A DNA stretch of 64,000 nucleotides from Octopus vulgaris (GCA_951406725.2 OX597824.1:56916001-56980000); one strand, 5' to 3'. Shown: positions 26,758-40,060, counted from the first letter of the stretch. Numbers and translations are program-made. Notes: generated by a model from the sequence alone, not told the origin.

Positions 26758-27161
26758 TACAATACCAATATTCCACTGAACTTTTTAATAATTCCTTCTG
26801 GAAACTATCTTTAACATTTTCTTGAGTATGTATATATATGTTGTAATCTTTTGTGCCCAATATTTTAATGAACTTGTTAAACTATTTAATATTTTCCCAA
26901 GATTTTCCCTTGTAAGCTGTTCTTAACATGTCCTTATTATCAAGGAATGTATATGTATATTGTAATATTTTGTGACAACCATTACCTGGCACAACCAAGC
27001 TTTTGTGCCCAATATTTTGATGAACTTGTTAAACTTTTTTATATTTTCCCAAGATTTTCTCTTGTAAACTGTTCTTAACATGTTCTTGTTATCAAAGAAT
27101 GTATATATGTATTGTAGTATTTTGTGACAACCAGTAACTAACACAACCAAGCTTTTACATG

Positions 27162-27207
27162 TTACTTTTGACAATCTTTATCTAAAAAAGTGAAACCGGT
27201 AAAGTAA
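27162..27207 (+). ncRNA. type I hammerhead, U3-A8 variant
   Basis: TTACTT-TTGACAA-T CTTT ATCTAAA AAAG T-GAAA-CCGG-TA-AAGTAA. Confidence 0.7.
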
Positions 27208-27457
27208 ATAAACATCTTTTAAAATTGCATCTTCAAACCTTCTTTCATATATAATTCCACTCGTGCGGTACCTTACAACTCCACTTTGTTATATATATAT
27301 ATACATACGTACGCACACACACACATACATACATAGGCGCAGGTATAAATTTGTGATGAGAAGTTTGCTTATAACCTCGTAATTCCGGGTTCAGTACTCG
27401 AACCAGCCAAAGTCTTGTGAGTGGACTTGGCAGACGAAAACTGAAAGAACCTCGTCG

Positions 27458-27489
<32 letters not shown>

Positions 27490-29051
27490 TGTATATATAT
27501 ATGTGTGTGTGTGTGTGTGTTTATGTAGATATATATGTGTCTATGTGTGCGGTTCGGGAAAAGAGACCGATAGGATTAGTACTAGGCTTAAAAAATAAGT
27601 TCCGGGTCGATTCGTTCGGCTAAAATTCTCCAAGGTGCTGCCTCAGCATGGTCGCAGTCTGATAACTGAAACAGGTAATGAAAACATAAAATTTGTGTGT
27701 GCGTGTGTATATTGTGTAACCGCAACAATGTACAATGGAAAGAAACTATGGGACAGGTTTCAAAATGAGCCACGCATTTTTCGTATGTCGGGTCTTACGG
27801 ATTGCAATACGGAGGTTACACTGATTAGTATCCCTCATATAAAACTTTGCTATAAGTGAGGCCTAACAAAAAACGAAGAAAACAAATCCTACCATGAGAA
27901 TTGTAGCACATCTCTTGTGTGCTGGATGACTGTTCTGTCGATCACATCAAGAGGACTCTGAACAAGTTTAGCTGTCGAATTTAACATGTATGTTCTAACA
28001 AGATAAGCTTTAGGTCACAGAGACTCGTCTCTGTAACAGGAAAATCGCAGACAATTTAGCAGTGAGCAAGCAGTCAGCAGATAGGTTACCTCCAAGTTAG
28101 TGTCTACACAATTTAGTTCAGTGGTTCTCACCATTTTTGTTTTTATCTATGGACCCTTTTGATGCTTAAAGTTAGTTTTATAGATGCTTCTTTCAAAATT
28201 TCTATTTTGCTATTCACCCATTCACTTGTGTTGGTTTGCAATAGCACCCACTGAAAGAACATGTTTCAGTGGTTGGAACCATGTTAAAATATATAAAACA
28301 TTAGAGAAAGAAACGTAGGCGTTTCTTGCAATAAATTTTTCACGAACAAAGCAAACTTTTTCACGAACCACTAAAATATTACTGCGGATCCTCAATTTAC
28401 TAATTTACTAAAAAATCTAAAATGGATCCCGGTTGAAAACTATTGATTTAGTATCTTCCTGAAAATATTCAGTACAACATTCCCCTGGCAATATTCTCGT
28501 TCAATTTCTATGTTAAGCCGCTACTCGTAGATGTCATGGGCATGATGTAACGCGCGCATGCGCGCACACACACGCATACACACGTATACACATCCACACA
28601 CAAATACACACACACGTACCCGGCACGCATATTTCATTCACACAGCGTTTTGATCAAAGATATTAAGAGTAAGAGAATCTTCGTTGGGTAGCAGCTGTTG
28701 GAAAGGGTGTAAAATACCAAATTAACCACCAAGGTCGAACTCTCTCTTCATTTTCCTCTCTGTATCTCCCTCTCTTCTGCTTTTCTCTCTGTTTCTCGCT
28801 CCTCTCTCTTTCTGTCTCATGATGAAATCGGCTGGAAAGGGGCTGGTCTCCTCCATGTTTCAGTGCCCAAGATATTCTTTATATCATGACGGTGTCCTTA
28901 CGAATTCAATGTCAGTTGAGGGCCCAAAGAAGGCTGGAAGCACACACGCACAGATACATACACATACACGCGCACACAGACATACACCAGATATGTGCCA
29001 GATAATTCGTTTCTCTGTGTGTGTATTTGTGTGTGTGTGCGTGCGCGCGTG

Positions 29052-29082
<31 letters not shown>

Positions 29083-29142
29083 CATCAACATCATCATCGA
29101 TGTAAATGTATATATGTATGTATGTAATATATATGTAGTATA

Positions 29143-29234
<92 letters not shown>

Positions 29235-29391
29235 CATAGTTATCGCCATACTAATATGGCATTCTTATAAAAATAAGAAAAAGCTTATTAGCTCCATGAG
29301 GCCATCGCCTTAGTATGGCGATAACTATTATTTTCCGGGAACGCTGCCGCTGTTCTCTTTTAGAGAGACTTAGTTATTTTAATATTTCTAT

Positions 29392-29501
<110 letters not shown>

Positions 29502-30285
29502 ACATACGTACATACACACACCTATATACACGTAATGATATAGAGATAATTATGTATTAGTGTGTATGTAGATATATAGGTGCGCGCGCGTGACTTCATG
29601 TGTGTGCATATCTTCATGCATTCACATTGATGCTGGTACGTGCGTACGCAATTTGACATCCACATGTAATAAACACAGATTATTTTACATGACCGCACTC
29701 AAATTGACGTGTAAACCGGCTACAGTAGTAGTAGTAGTAGTAGTAGTAAAAATTGTAGTAGTAGTTTTAGTAGTAGTAGTAGTAGTAGTAATAGTAGAAA
29801 TAGTGATAGTGGTAGTGACGGTAATGGTGGTAGTGTTAATAGTTGTGATAGTAATAGTGGCAGTGGTAGTAGTAGTTGTTGTATTAGTGCTAGTTGTAGT
29901 AGTGGTGTTGGTGTTGGTGGTGGTGGTGGTGGTAGTAGTAGTAGTTGTGATCATTGTATAACGTAACTTCCTACCAATTCGAAACTCATTCTCATTCTAA
30001 GTTAATTTTATCGCTGTCGTCGTATTCATCACCACCACCACTACTCACGTTCGTTCCCTCCTCTTCCTCATCCTTATCATTATCGTTGTCTTTTATTTAA
30101 AATGTATAAATCTACATATCTTAGTCACAATCTGAACTTGCAGGAAATTCAATTTGTCTTGTGTGTATGTGTGTGTATGTGTGTGTGCTTGTATGTGTAT
30201 ATATTTATGTATGTATATATGTATATATATATATGTATATATACATACATACATGCATACATACATACATACATACATACATACA

Positions 30286-30318
<33 letters not shown>

Positions 30319-30521
30319 GTGTGTGTGTGTGTGCTTGGTGTTGGGGTACTCTGAAGATAGGATGCGGTGGTGCTGGGTACATAATGAATTTTACATTTTT
30401 ATGTAATTAGTTTTCCACGAACCCTATTCTGTTACTGATGAGGTCTTCCATTACTGGCAATATAGAGATGTCACTAAATTAAAATTGCATTTTTTAACGT
30501 GTCTTAATATTGGCTCCAAGT

Positions 30522-30740
30522 AAGGCAGCGAATTGGCAGAATCGTTAGCAGTCTGGGCAAAATGCTTAGCGGTATTTCGTCTGTCTTCACGTTCTGACTT
30601 CAAATTCCGTCGGAGTCGACTTTGCCTTTCATACTTTCGGGGTCGATAAAATAAGTACCACTTGAGCAGTGGGGTCAGTGCAATCGACTTACCGCCTACG
30701 CAGAAATTGCTGGTCTTCTGCCAAATTTTAAACGAATATT
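30522..30740 (+). mobile_element. SINE family 2
   Basis: Same head and central motifs as 16667-16890. Confidence 0.75.
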
Positions 30741-31149
30741 AGCTGGAAGTGAACTGAACGAACCTTTATGCGGTTACACGATTTGCAAGAAATTGCAGCT
30801 GCTGATCTCTCATATTATATCTACTCTCTTCTGTGAAAACAGTATCACATTAGATTAAGTAGTTTGTAAGATAGATGGTCATAAGTGGAAAGATTTTGAC
30901 CCGAAGCACGACCTCCGTTTGACCTGGGGACAAACAACATTAACTGAAACTGTAGCGAGGGAATGAAAGATACAACCCCCCGCCACACACACATACGGAT
31001 GAAGGCGTGGCTGAGCGGTAAAAAACTTGCTTCCCAAACACATGCGTGGCACCTTGGGCAAGTATCTTCTACTACAATCTCGGGCCAACCAGGGCGTTGT
31101 GAGTAGATTTGGTAGACGGAAACCGAAAGAAGCCCGTTATATATACGCA

Positions 31150-31940
31150 TAAGTCTGGTTAAGTCGTTTCGACTTACGTCATTTCTGAAGGTACATCGGT
31201 CTTTCTAAAATATTAAATCAGTATTAAATACAGCATCAATTTACTCTACCTGGCGAAACAGCAATAACATTCATACTATACTGTTCTGTTTGTTCCGGGT
31301 TGTATCGATTAGTTACTTTCGTATCCGTCCCCGGGAAATAAATACAAAAGCAATAGAAACATAATCTGTATAGCATATTAAAATTCATGTTAAAATACAG
31401 TATGCATCATTGATCTGGAGCCTCATCGTTTTACGTTGGAGAGGCTTTTCCTCATTTATACATATGTCTCGCTTTATCTGAGGAAATGGATCCAAATGCA
31501 CATTTTGTAAAAATATTGGGGACGGGGTTGTCAAGATATTGTTGCAGCTTATTACCTAATCCTTGAAGAGGAGAAAAATGCAATTCAAGGAACTTTAGTT
31601 CGCACAACGCTCTACACCAACCCAACAGGAGTCAGCTGATGGGCTCCAACCATCGACATCTAGTGTGTAATCTCTTCTTCCTCCTACACCAGCCTCAATG
31701 AGTAACGCCGACGTCAGCCATCAGGTAGGCAACAGTACAGTATTGGAAATTATTTCTTTCTAATATAAAAGCAACCCAGGCCTGCTTAACAATTTACCGA
31801 ATTCGTAGGCTAACATAAAAACAACCTAGGCAAGCCTAGGTTTTAACTATTACATGTATATACATATAAATAATGGTTATTTCGACTTAAGTCGTTTCTC
31901 GAGTTAAGTCGTGTCCTCTGGAACCAATCAACGACGTATA
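31150..31940 (+). mobile_element. pogo/Tigger-like non-autonomous remnant
   Basis: Subterminal palindromes CGACTTA(A/C)GTC near both ends; decayed DPN..QD..Y..EE C-terminal-like segment. Confidence 0.45.
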
Positions 31941-32059
31941 TATATATATATATTGAATTATCGAATCATCTCATAAATAGTACTTTTTTCCATTGCATGA
32001 ACTAAAAGTCGAAGGGGGACGGGATAAACTACCTGCATCAACATGCTATAAAAGTAGGT

Positions 32060-32230
32060 AGTAATTTTACCTTCTCCTTAATCTTAGTGCAGTACGATTT
32101 TAACAGTTATTTTTTCAAAGCTATAATGGAAGTGACAAAGGAGGATATTCGGTATATCTTGCTTTATGAGTTCAATAAAGGCAACAACGTTACGGAAAGT
32201 GCAAAGAATATTAATGCAGTATATGGGGAG
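32060..32230 (+). mobile_element. mariner 5' remnant
   Basis: MEVTKEDIRYILLYEFNKGNNVTESAKNINAVYG, a mariner N-terminal HTH. Confidence 0.7.
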
Positions 32231-32265
32231 CAAGACAAATGAGAAAATAACAAAAATATAGATTA

Positions 32266-32339
32266 ATCATGGACATGTTTCGCTATTAACATTTACGTAA
32301 TTTTACTTACGTAATTTGTCCGTAGCTCCTCAGCATGAT
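32266..32339 (-). ncRNA. type I hammerhead with extended stem II
   Basis: ATCATG-CTGAGGA-GCTA...TAGC-GAAA-CATG-TC-CATGAT. Confidence 0.85.
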
Positions 32340-32681
32340 CGTCATTGTAAATATAATTTTGGCGTTTGCTGAATTTTCTAGAGAACATTTCTTAGTGGCA
32401 AGACCATAGCGGATCTAGTTCTAGCATAAGAGTTGTCCACGTTGTGGTCATCCCTCTTATATGAATGTAATATACATACATACATACATACATACATACA
32501 TACATACATACATACATACATACATACATACATACGTAGGTAGTACATACATACATACATACATACATATTTCGTTTTCGTCTCTTGTATTTACATCCGT
32601 CTCGTGCGTTCACATTCCTGTCTTCTACCAAGAAATCTAATGCTTACAGCTTAGTTTTTTTCTTGGGGCTGGCCGAGTTGG

Positions 32682-32750
32682 AGCAAATATCAGAATTGAA
32701 CAGCCGAAATTTGCTATGATGATTCGGTGTCTGACTGAAGATTGAAGGCT
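32682..32750 (+). ncRNA. candidate non-circularly permuted hammerhead (family A, copy 1)
   Basis: AGCAAAT-A-TCAGA ... AGCC-GAA-ATTTGCT ... TCTGA-CTGAAGA-TTGAA-GGCT. Confidence 0.6.
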
Positions 32751-33388
32751 TCGAATGATTTGGTGTGTTCCGTGTTCGTCCCTTCCTGTATTTCACGTTC
32801 TTTATATATAAAAACATTTATTCTTATATTATTGCGGCGTTACGTGCACCCCCCCGTTTGTTTGTCCAATTTTAAACCCTGCACGACTTCTATACACTTT
32901 GTCTTTCCTACCCGCCATTGCTTCTTTACCAAACTATTTTGGCGCCCTCCGATTCTTGCGCCCTCCGATTCTTCCCCCCTCTTCCTCCCATCCTCCTTAA
33001 TCCCTTCTTTCTCCTTTTCTCTTAGTCACTGATTCTGTCCCCTGCCTTCCACCCTCTTTGATTCCCTCTCTCTCTGTCTCTCTTTCTCTCTCTCTCCTGC
33101 AACCTGCTGCTTCTTAACCATTCTGTTGGCGATCGTATCTCGACCAACATGTGTCCCCTCTACCGAAACGGTAATTATTTCTACGCCAGCTGCTATGTTG
33201 TTGTTGTTTTTGTCTCATTTGGTCTAAAGTCGTAAGACAACCATCGTTATATTTTGTTTATCCATTACTGTTTTCAATTTCGTTTTCGTCTCTTGTATTT
33301 ACATCCGTCTCGTGCGTTCACATTCCTGTCTTCTACCAAGAAATCTAATGCTTACAGCTTAGTTTTTTTCTTGGGCTGGCCGAGTTGG

Positions 33389-33457
33389 AGCAAATATCAG
33401 AATTGAACAGCCGAAATTTGCTATGATGATTCGGTGTCTGACTGAAGATTGAAGGCT
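33389..33457 (+). ncRNA. candidate non-circularly permuted hammerhead (family A, copy 2)
   Basis: Identical to 32682-32750. Confidence 0.6.
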
Positions 33458-33530
33458 TCGAATAATTTGTCTGTGTTCCGTGTTCGTCCCTTCCTGTATT
33501 TCACGTTCTTTATATATAAAAACATTTATT

Positions 33531-33596
<66 letters not shown>

Positions 33597-33844
33597 TTAG
33601 AAGAAATGAGGTACTCAGAAATCTGGATGGTTTTATATTTACAGATATTTATTAGTATATTACATGTTTTTATAAATCATATATCATATATTAGCACTTT
33701 CGTCCATTCTAGTGGAGTCTTCAAATTCAACTAACTTTTGCAGGAATTTTGACTCTTTTTATAGTATTATTGAGTGTGTAGGGGTAGCGAGAGATATAAG
33801 ATAGTACAAAAGGGTGAGGAATGGGGAGAAAGTTTAAGAGAGCA

Positions 33845-33875
<31 letters not shown>

Positions 33876-34302
33876 TTTGTATCTGAAAGGGTGTTAAAGA
33901 AAAAGAAGGAATGGAAGAAGGAGAGAAAATTTGTTTATATCTTTGAAGCTGGTCAGTTTGTCAATAATAATCGGTTCTTGGGTTTTAGTAATGGCAAATC
34001 CAGCTGTTCACTCCAAGGGGGGAAAGATGTCACTTTTCAAAAAATTGTCTGGATTTCCTTTTTATCATTGACTTGTAAAAGAGAGAGAGAAAGAGAGAAA
34101 CAGAGAGAGAGAGAGTGAGAGAGAAGGAGTATGTGTGCGTGTGTGTGCAAGTGTGCGCGCGTGTGTATATATGTGTGTGTGTGTGTGTGTGTGTTTGTAT
34201 CTGAAAGAGTTGTTAAAGAAAAAGAAGGAAAGGAAGAAGGAGAGAAAATTTGTTGATATCTCTGCAGCTGGTCAGTTTGTTAATAATAATCGATTCTTGG
34301 CT

Positions 34303-34334
<32 letters not shown>

Positions 34335-34485
34335 GATGGTATGTTGCCAACTTAATGTGAAAGTCCCATGAAAGGGAAGAATGCTATTGCTATTTAGCCC
34401 CAGGAAACACCGTTTCTAGTTGACCATGACATATTTTCTGTGTCTTTAGTTTTTCAAACGGGAGATAAGCACCACCACCCAGCTA

Positions 34486-34540
34486 AGCCAGTATCAGAGA
34501 CCAGTTTCAGAGTCATTCCTCATCATCAGTCTGCTTGGCT
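34486..34540 (-). ncRNA. type I hammerhead with internal-loop stem I
   Basis: AGCCA-AG-CAGA-CTGATGA-T GAG GAATGA CTC T-GAAA-CTGG-TC-TCTG-ATAC-TGGCT. Confidence 0.8.
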
Positions 34541-34625
34541 GCCGCTTTTCAACTTCTTTATCTTGCTGCTACTGTATAAATCTCTCTGAGAGATTTAGAA
34601 ATGTAATATTTCTAGTTCAGAAATA

Positions 34626-35020
34626 GGCTGTGTGGTAAGTAACTTGTTTACCAACCACATGGTTCCGGCTTCAGTCCCATTGCGTGGAACCTTGGGTAAG
34701 TGTCTTCTACTATAGCCTCAGGCCGACCAAAGCCTTGTGAGTGGATTTGGTAGACGGAAACTGAAAGAATCCCGTCGTATATATGTATATGTATATGTAT
34801 ATATATGTGTGTGTGTGTTTGTGTGTCTGTATTTGTCCTCCCCCCCCAAACATCACTTGACAATCGATGCTGGTGTGTTTACGTACCTGTAACTTAGCGG
34901 TTCGGCAAAAGACACCGATAGAATAAGTACTAGGCTTACATAGAGTAAGTCCTGGGGTCGATTTGATCGACTAAATGCGGTGCTCCAGCATAGCCGCAGT
35001 CAAATGACTGAAATAAGTTA
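34626..35020 (+). mobile_element. SINE family 1, near full length
   Basis: Same motifs as 22687-23056. Confidence 0.85.
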
Positions 35021-35199
35021 AAGAGTATTTCACTTGAAATATATATATGTTTTCAAAGGCGAATAAGCATCAATAGCTAGCAAGCCATGCAACTCCAGAC
35101 TGATGATGAGTAATGAGTGACAAGTCGTATAGAGAGTCTTTAACTGGCAAACAAAGGCGCAAGATCTATGGATAGGAAATGATGTAAAATGCCTTTCAC

Positions 35200-37720
35200 C
35201 AGCATTTCGCCCGGTTGTTCGGGGAGAGCGGAGCGCTTGAGCGTGGGGATCCCTTAAAGGACTTTTTAGCCGGTGAGCCGCGACTCTCGGCACGGGAGGC
35301 GGAATGCTGTGAAGGACCGATTACTCCTGCGGAGGTAAAAGAGTGCGCCGGGGAAAAGTCGCCGGGGCTGGTTGGTTGACCCTATGAGTTTTATGGTAGT
35401 ATGCCGGACTTGTTCGGGGACCTGCTGGCCAGCTTCTATGCAAACTGGCAATAGAATGGGAGGATTCCCAGCTCTGTGAGTCGGGGAGTGGTTACGCTGA
35501 TCCAGAAGGATCCGAGCAAGGGGGATGATAATGGTAATTATATGCCCATAACTCTACTTAATGTAGACTTAAATATTTTGGCCAAAGTGTTATCCAAAAG
35601 GTTGACGCGTGTCGTGGAGAAACTGTGGATGCATTGAGCTAAGAAGATGTTACTCCACATAACCCAAAGGTTTTCTGCTTGGCTGCCACTTGTAGGGAAG
35701 GCGCAGACATGCGCCATCCCAGGCAGGTCGATCCAGGACAATCTTCATCTTATACGCTGCGCCTTAGATAGGGTGGGTAAATTAACCGGCAAAGGTGGGG
35801 CATTGGTCCTTTTAGAGCAAAGTAAAGCGTTTGATAGGGTAGACCACCAGTACCTGGCGGTGGTCCTCGAAGCGGCTGGGTTGGGCTCAGACTTCTGTAG
35901 GTGGATCTTCGCTATGTATAGCGGCATCCAGTCCACCGTCCAGATTACCTGTCGGAGCCGTTTTTGATCAAGCACTCAGTTCATCAAGGGTTTCCTTTGT
36001 CTCTGCTTCTGCAGCGGAAGTTGGAGAAGTTGGGAGGCAACCCTAATGAAATCGGATGCGGTAAGTCGGTCTCTGCTTATGCGGATGATGTCATATTCAT
36101 CGTATCGTGGAGGCGCAATGGCCCAGTGGTTAGGGCAGCGGACTCGCGGTCATAAGATCGCGGTTTCGATTCCCAGACCGGGCGTTGTGAGTGTTTATTG
36201 AGCGAAAACACCTAAAAGCTCCACGAGGCTCCGACAGGGGATGGTGGTGATCCCTGCTGTACTCTTTCACCACAACTTTCTTTCACTCTTACTTCCTGTT
36301 TCTGTTGTACCTGTATTTCAAGGGGCCGGCCTTGTCACTCTCTGTGTCACGCTGAATATCCCCGAGAACTACGTTAAGGCTGCACGTGTCTGTGGAGTGC
36401 TCAGCCACTTACACGTTAATTTCACGAGCAGGCTGTTCCGTTGATTCGGATCAACCGGAACCATCATCGTCGTAACCGACGGAGTGCTTCCCATCCATTC
36501 ATCGTATCCAATCAAGAGCAGCTACCTTGTGTAGAGGACGCTATCAAAGGATACGAGGCGATGGCAGGGGCAAAAGTTAACAAGGACAAGTTCATCGGCT
36601 TGCGCCTCGGCACCTGGATGAACAAGTCGATATCGTCCAGTGTCGTGGGTGACTGGACAGATGGTCCTGTTAAGTTGCTTGGAGTTTGGTTTGGACCGGA
36701 CTCCCAGACAGAGAAGAATTTGAGCGAGGTGGCAGACAAGGTGGAGGCTCTAGTCCGGACTTGGTCCCGAAGGGCTCTGTCCTTGAAAGGAAGGGCGGAG
36801 GTGGTACAGGTGTTTATTACCTCTGTCATCACCTACCGCCTGACCGTTGTCCCTTGCTCCGATTCGTGGCTAAACATGTTGGAGCACCTCCTTTTCCGCT
36901 TTCTGTGGAAGGGAAGAAAGCCACTTGCGAGGCGCTCCGTTTACTGCCAGGAACCGCTAAAGGGTGGGTTAGGGATGCCTTCGCTAATAATGTGCAGACA
37001 TACGCTGAGGCTGAGGTATCTCTGGCGCTACCTGGAAGGTGATAAGGTGTGGAATCCGCTGACAGATGAATTCTTTCCGCGACCAGCCTCCTTCGAAAGA
37101 GTCAAACTCAGTTTCATTAAAAGACGTACCCTGACTGTATGGCAAAAAGAGTGTTGACAGGTACTCGTGCTTATCCGCAAGACGGGCAAGGCCGGCAGTA
37201 GGAATACCACCTCGGTTTTGTATAGAGGGCTACGATGACCCCTAGGAGGGGCTCTGAGGTTCGATGAGAACCAACTTGCCAATCTGTTTCAAAAAACTTT
37301 CGGGCCAGGGTATTTGGATAATTACCAAAGGTCCCTGACCTGGCAGTGCTACATGAACGCTTTACCTATTCGCGATAAGTTATCCAGGCACGGAATGTCA
37401 GTGCCAACGGCATGTCTAAGATGTAGGCTGGACGATGAAACCATCCAGCGCGCTTTTGTACATTGTCGGGAGCTGTCAGGCTTGATGATTTACGTTGAAC
37501 ACGTGTTGTCGCATCTGGAAACAGTATAGTTATCGGCTGAATATATAATAAAGATTGAACTCTCGAAGGAAGGTGAGGTATATTTTTTCTGTACAGTTGC
37601 TGTGCTGAAAGAATGTGTTTAGAAGACTAGAATGCAAGGACTCACGAGGCAATCCTTTATCTCTGACCCCGGTTTGCGACAGTACTTCAGGTATCATCTG
37701 AAGATGATTAAAATGTTTTG
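35200..37720 (+). mobile_element. degraded L1/Tx1-clade LINE ORF2 (RT + C-terminal cysteine motif)
   Basis: GKSPGL, LLNVD..ILAKVL, GRSIQDN, KAFDRVDH, YADD, LSLKGR, GGLGMP, CLRC..ETI..AFVHC across frames with stops. Confidence 0.85.
36107..36496 (+). mobile_element. tRNA-derived SINE family 3 inserted in the LINE
   Basis: A box TGGCCCAGTGG, B box GTTTCGATTCC; 12-bp TSD ATTCATCGTATC at 36095-36106 and 36497-36508. Confidence 0.9.
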
Positions 37721-38240
37721 AATGCTTGCCATGGTGAGTCTACTGTCGTGAGAAAGAATCACTTCAAAACTTGGTGTTTAGGAATTTTCTTTTACATCAA
37801 GTTCAAAATTTTACGCCAGCCGTTAAACTGTCACTACGTTGCTGTCCGTCGTTAAGAAATAACAGCCATGGTGAGTCTACTATCCTCAGATTCTATCCCT
37901 TCAAACTTTGGTTTCCAATATTTTTATTCAGCTCGCAAGTTCGTCTGTCCCTTTTAAATGTTAGTGTTTTGCTGTCTACCTTTCCGTTGTCACTGCCTGA
38001 TATTTATGATTGATCTTTCAAAATATTTTCTTTCTCAACTTACTCAAGATCTTTTGTTGTTTATAAATGGGAGAGCGATAGATAGAGAAAGATAGAGAGT
38101 AAGAGAAAGCGAGGGAGAGTCCGAGAGAAAGGAAGAGTAAGACAGTGAGAAAGTGAGAAAGAAAGGAGAGAGAAACAAAGAGGGAGAATGTGGTGATAAA
38201 AAACAGAAAGGAAGCAACAGAAAGTAACAACCACACTCTT

Positions 38241-38272
38241 ACCCGCGCGTAGAGCGGGTCACCTTTAGCTAG
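38241..38272 (+). mobile_element. Helitron-type 3' terminus
   Basis: Hairpin ACCCGC-GCGTAGA-GCGGGT followed by CTAG|T; 5' end not identified. Confidence 0.5.
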
Positions 38273-39797
38273 TCTGTATATATTTTCAAAAGGAGGTTCA
38301 ATAAAATTTTTATTGTAAGTTTTTCTCTCTTGTTATTTACACTCCATTCTGAAGTTTCACGCCCCTTTAACACCAGATTATTGCCCTGATCCACCGGTAA
38401 GGTTCCACCTTGGAAAACATTAGCTCAGAGCGACAAAAAGTTACATAGAAATTATATTGTTGCTGCTATTTCTATATGATGGTTACAGGCTTGGTTATGT
38501 AGTTAAAAGGCTCGCTTCAGAAATACATCATTTATGCTTCGAGCCCATTGTGCGACATGCTTGGCGAGTGTTTTCTAGTAAAACTTGGGTTGACTTATGA
38601 GTGGATGCTAGTTTGTTGGTTGATTGGTGAAATTTTCCAGCCCCGCTTTTTATCCTATAAAGTTAGGTGAAGAGAAGGTAAAATGGAGATACAAAGATAG
38701 CTAAAATAAGATGTACAGTGTGAGTGCGCATGCCAAACTTGATGGAAGGGGGAGGAGAAGGAGAGGGAGGATAGAAATAAAGAGAGAGAGAGAGAGAGTT
38801 ATATTAATAAGAAATTTGTTTTATTTAATGTCACTTTAAGGTAATAATATTTTTCTTTTGAAAATTAAAATAATTGTTTTACCATCTTGTACAAGGAGCA
38901 AGAAATTTGATAAAAGTTGAATTATAATTATTGTATATGTGCCATATTTCCTGATATTACCCATGGTGGTAAACGTTATACTTCCAAAATTACCATTCAG
39001 AGAACGGGTTTCTGTTGTCCAGTTACATTCGGATTATGTATGTATGTATGTATGTATGTATGTATGTATGTATGTATGTATGTATATATGCACTCATGTA
39101 TGTATCTGCGTGTATAAAATTTGTGGTCCATATAACTGATTCTGTGGTCTGGAAGATCGGGACATACTCATGGTATTCTAAGACGTTCCGAAAATGGTGA
39201 AATTGATGACGTTATTGCTCCACTTGAACAGTTACAAGTCGATGGTTGTAGAAAGTCATGTGCCAGGATTGAGTTCTTGAGAATCGACGTTCAGAGAAGG
39301 AATACTGGATATTGCAGTTAGTGTGGGATTTGTGGATGAGAGGGGGAGAGATTACTAATTCGCGAGTGCCTGAACGGAGAATGCACTTGATAAACAAGGC
39401 TGTATTTTTAATGAGTGCTCAGAAATTTCTCGTGTCATTTAATCTTATATGGCTGTTTGTTGAAAGGCGGATTAAAGCCGACACTACTACTATTTATTTC
39501 GTAGTTAACTTGAATAAAAGCTGAGTTTGTCTTTACACTAGATATTCATGATCTATTATAGTAATAACTGCCAATTTTATCTAAGGTTGCCCGTTCAGGA
39601 AACTTCTACGTACATTGCTAAAATCTTAAAATATTGGAAGGGTAGTTAGAATGTATATTTCTTTACAAGATCGTTAAGCTAGTTTTATTTATGGTTCATA
39701 TATAGCAGTTTCTACGTTCAACGTTTCATCTGAGAAAACTGTTTATATCTGAAGGCGACTGCAATGCTATGGCCGAGGTTATTGAAGGTGCTTATTA

Positions 39798-39887
<90 letters not shown>

Positions 39888-40060
39888 ATATCTATCTATC
39901 TATCTATCTATCTAGCTGTCGTCATGTATGTTCGCACATATGTGTTTATTAATACATACACACAGACACTCACATAAACACATATACACACTAACATCCC
40001 CGCGCAAAAGTATATTTCACACATTGTCCGGGGCATGCACATGTACTACTCGATCATATA

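Larger units (their letters stand above)
32569..33537 (+). mobile_element. non-coding PLE-derived/retrozyme-like element: ~260-bp direct repeats flanking a ~450-bp body (family A)
   Basis: 32569-32829 approximately equals 33277-33537; flanked by (TACA)n and (TA)n; no protein ORF. Confidence 0.8.

Noticed and set aside
30433-30470. Isolated CTGATGAG
   Set aside because: No partner helices or GAAA strand
33131-33175. CGTA..CCGAAACG, possible second permuted hammerhead in the family A body
   Set aside because: No CUGANGA strand downstream
33689-33730. Minus-strand TTGAAGA-C TCCA..TGGA C-GAAAGTGCTA motif
   Set aside because: U3-G8 core and only 2 bp of stem I; likely a degenerate PLE hammerhead
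36107-36185. tRNA gene
   Set aside because: A/B boxes present, but it is the head of a TSD-flanked SINE and lacks a proper acceptor stem
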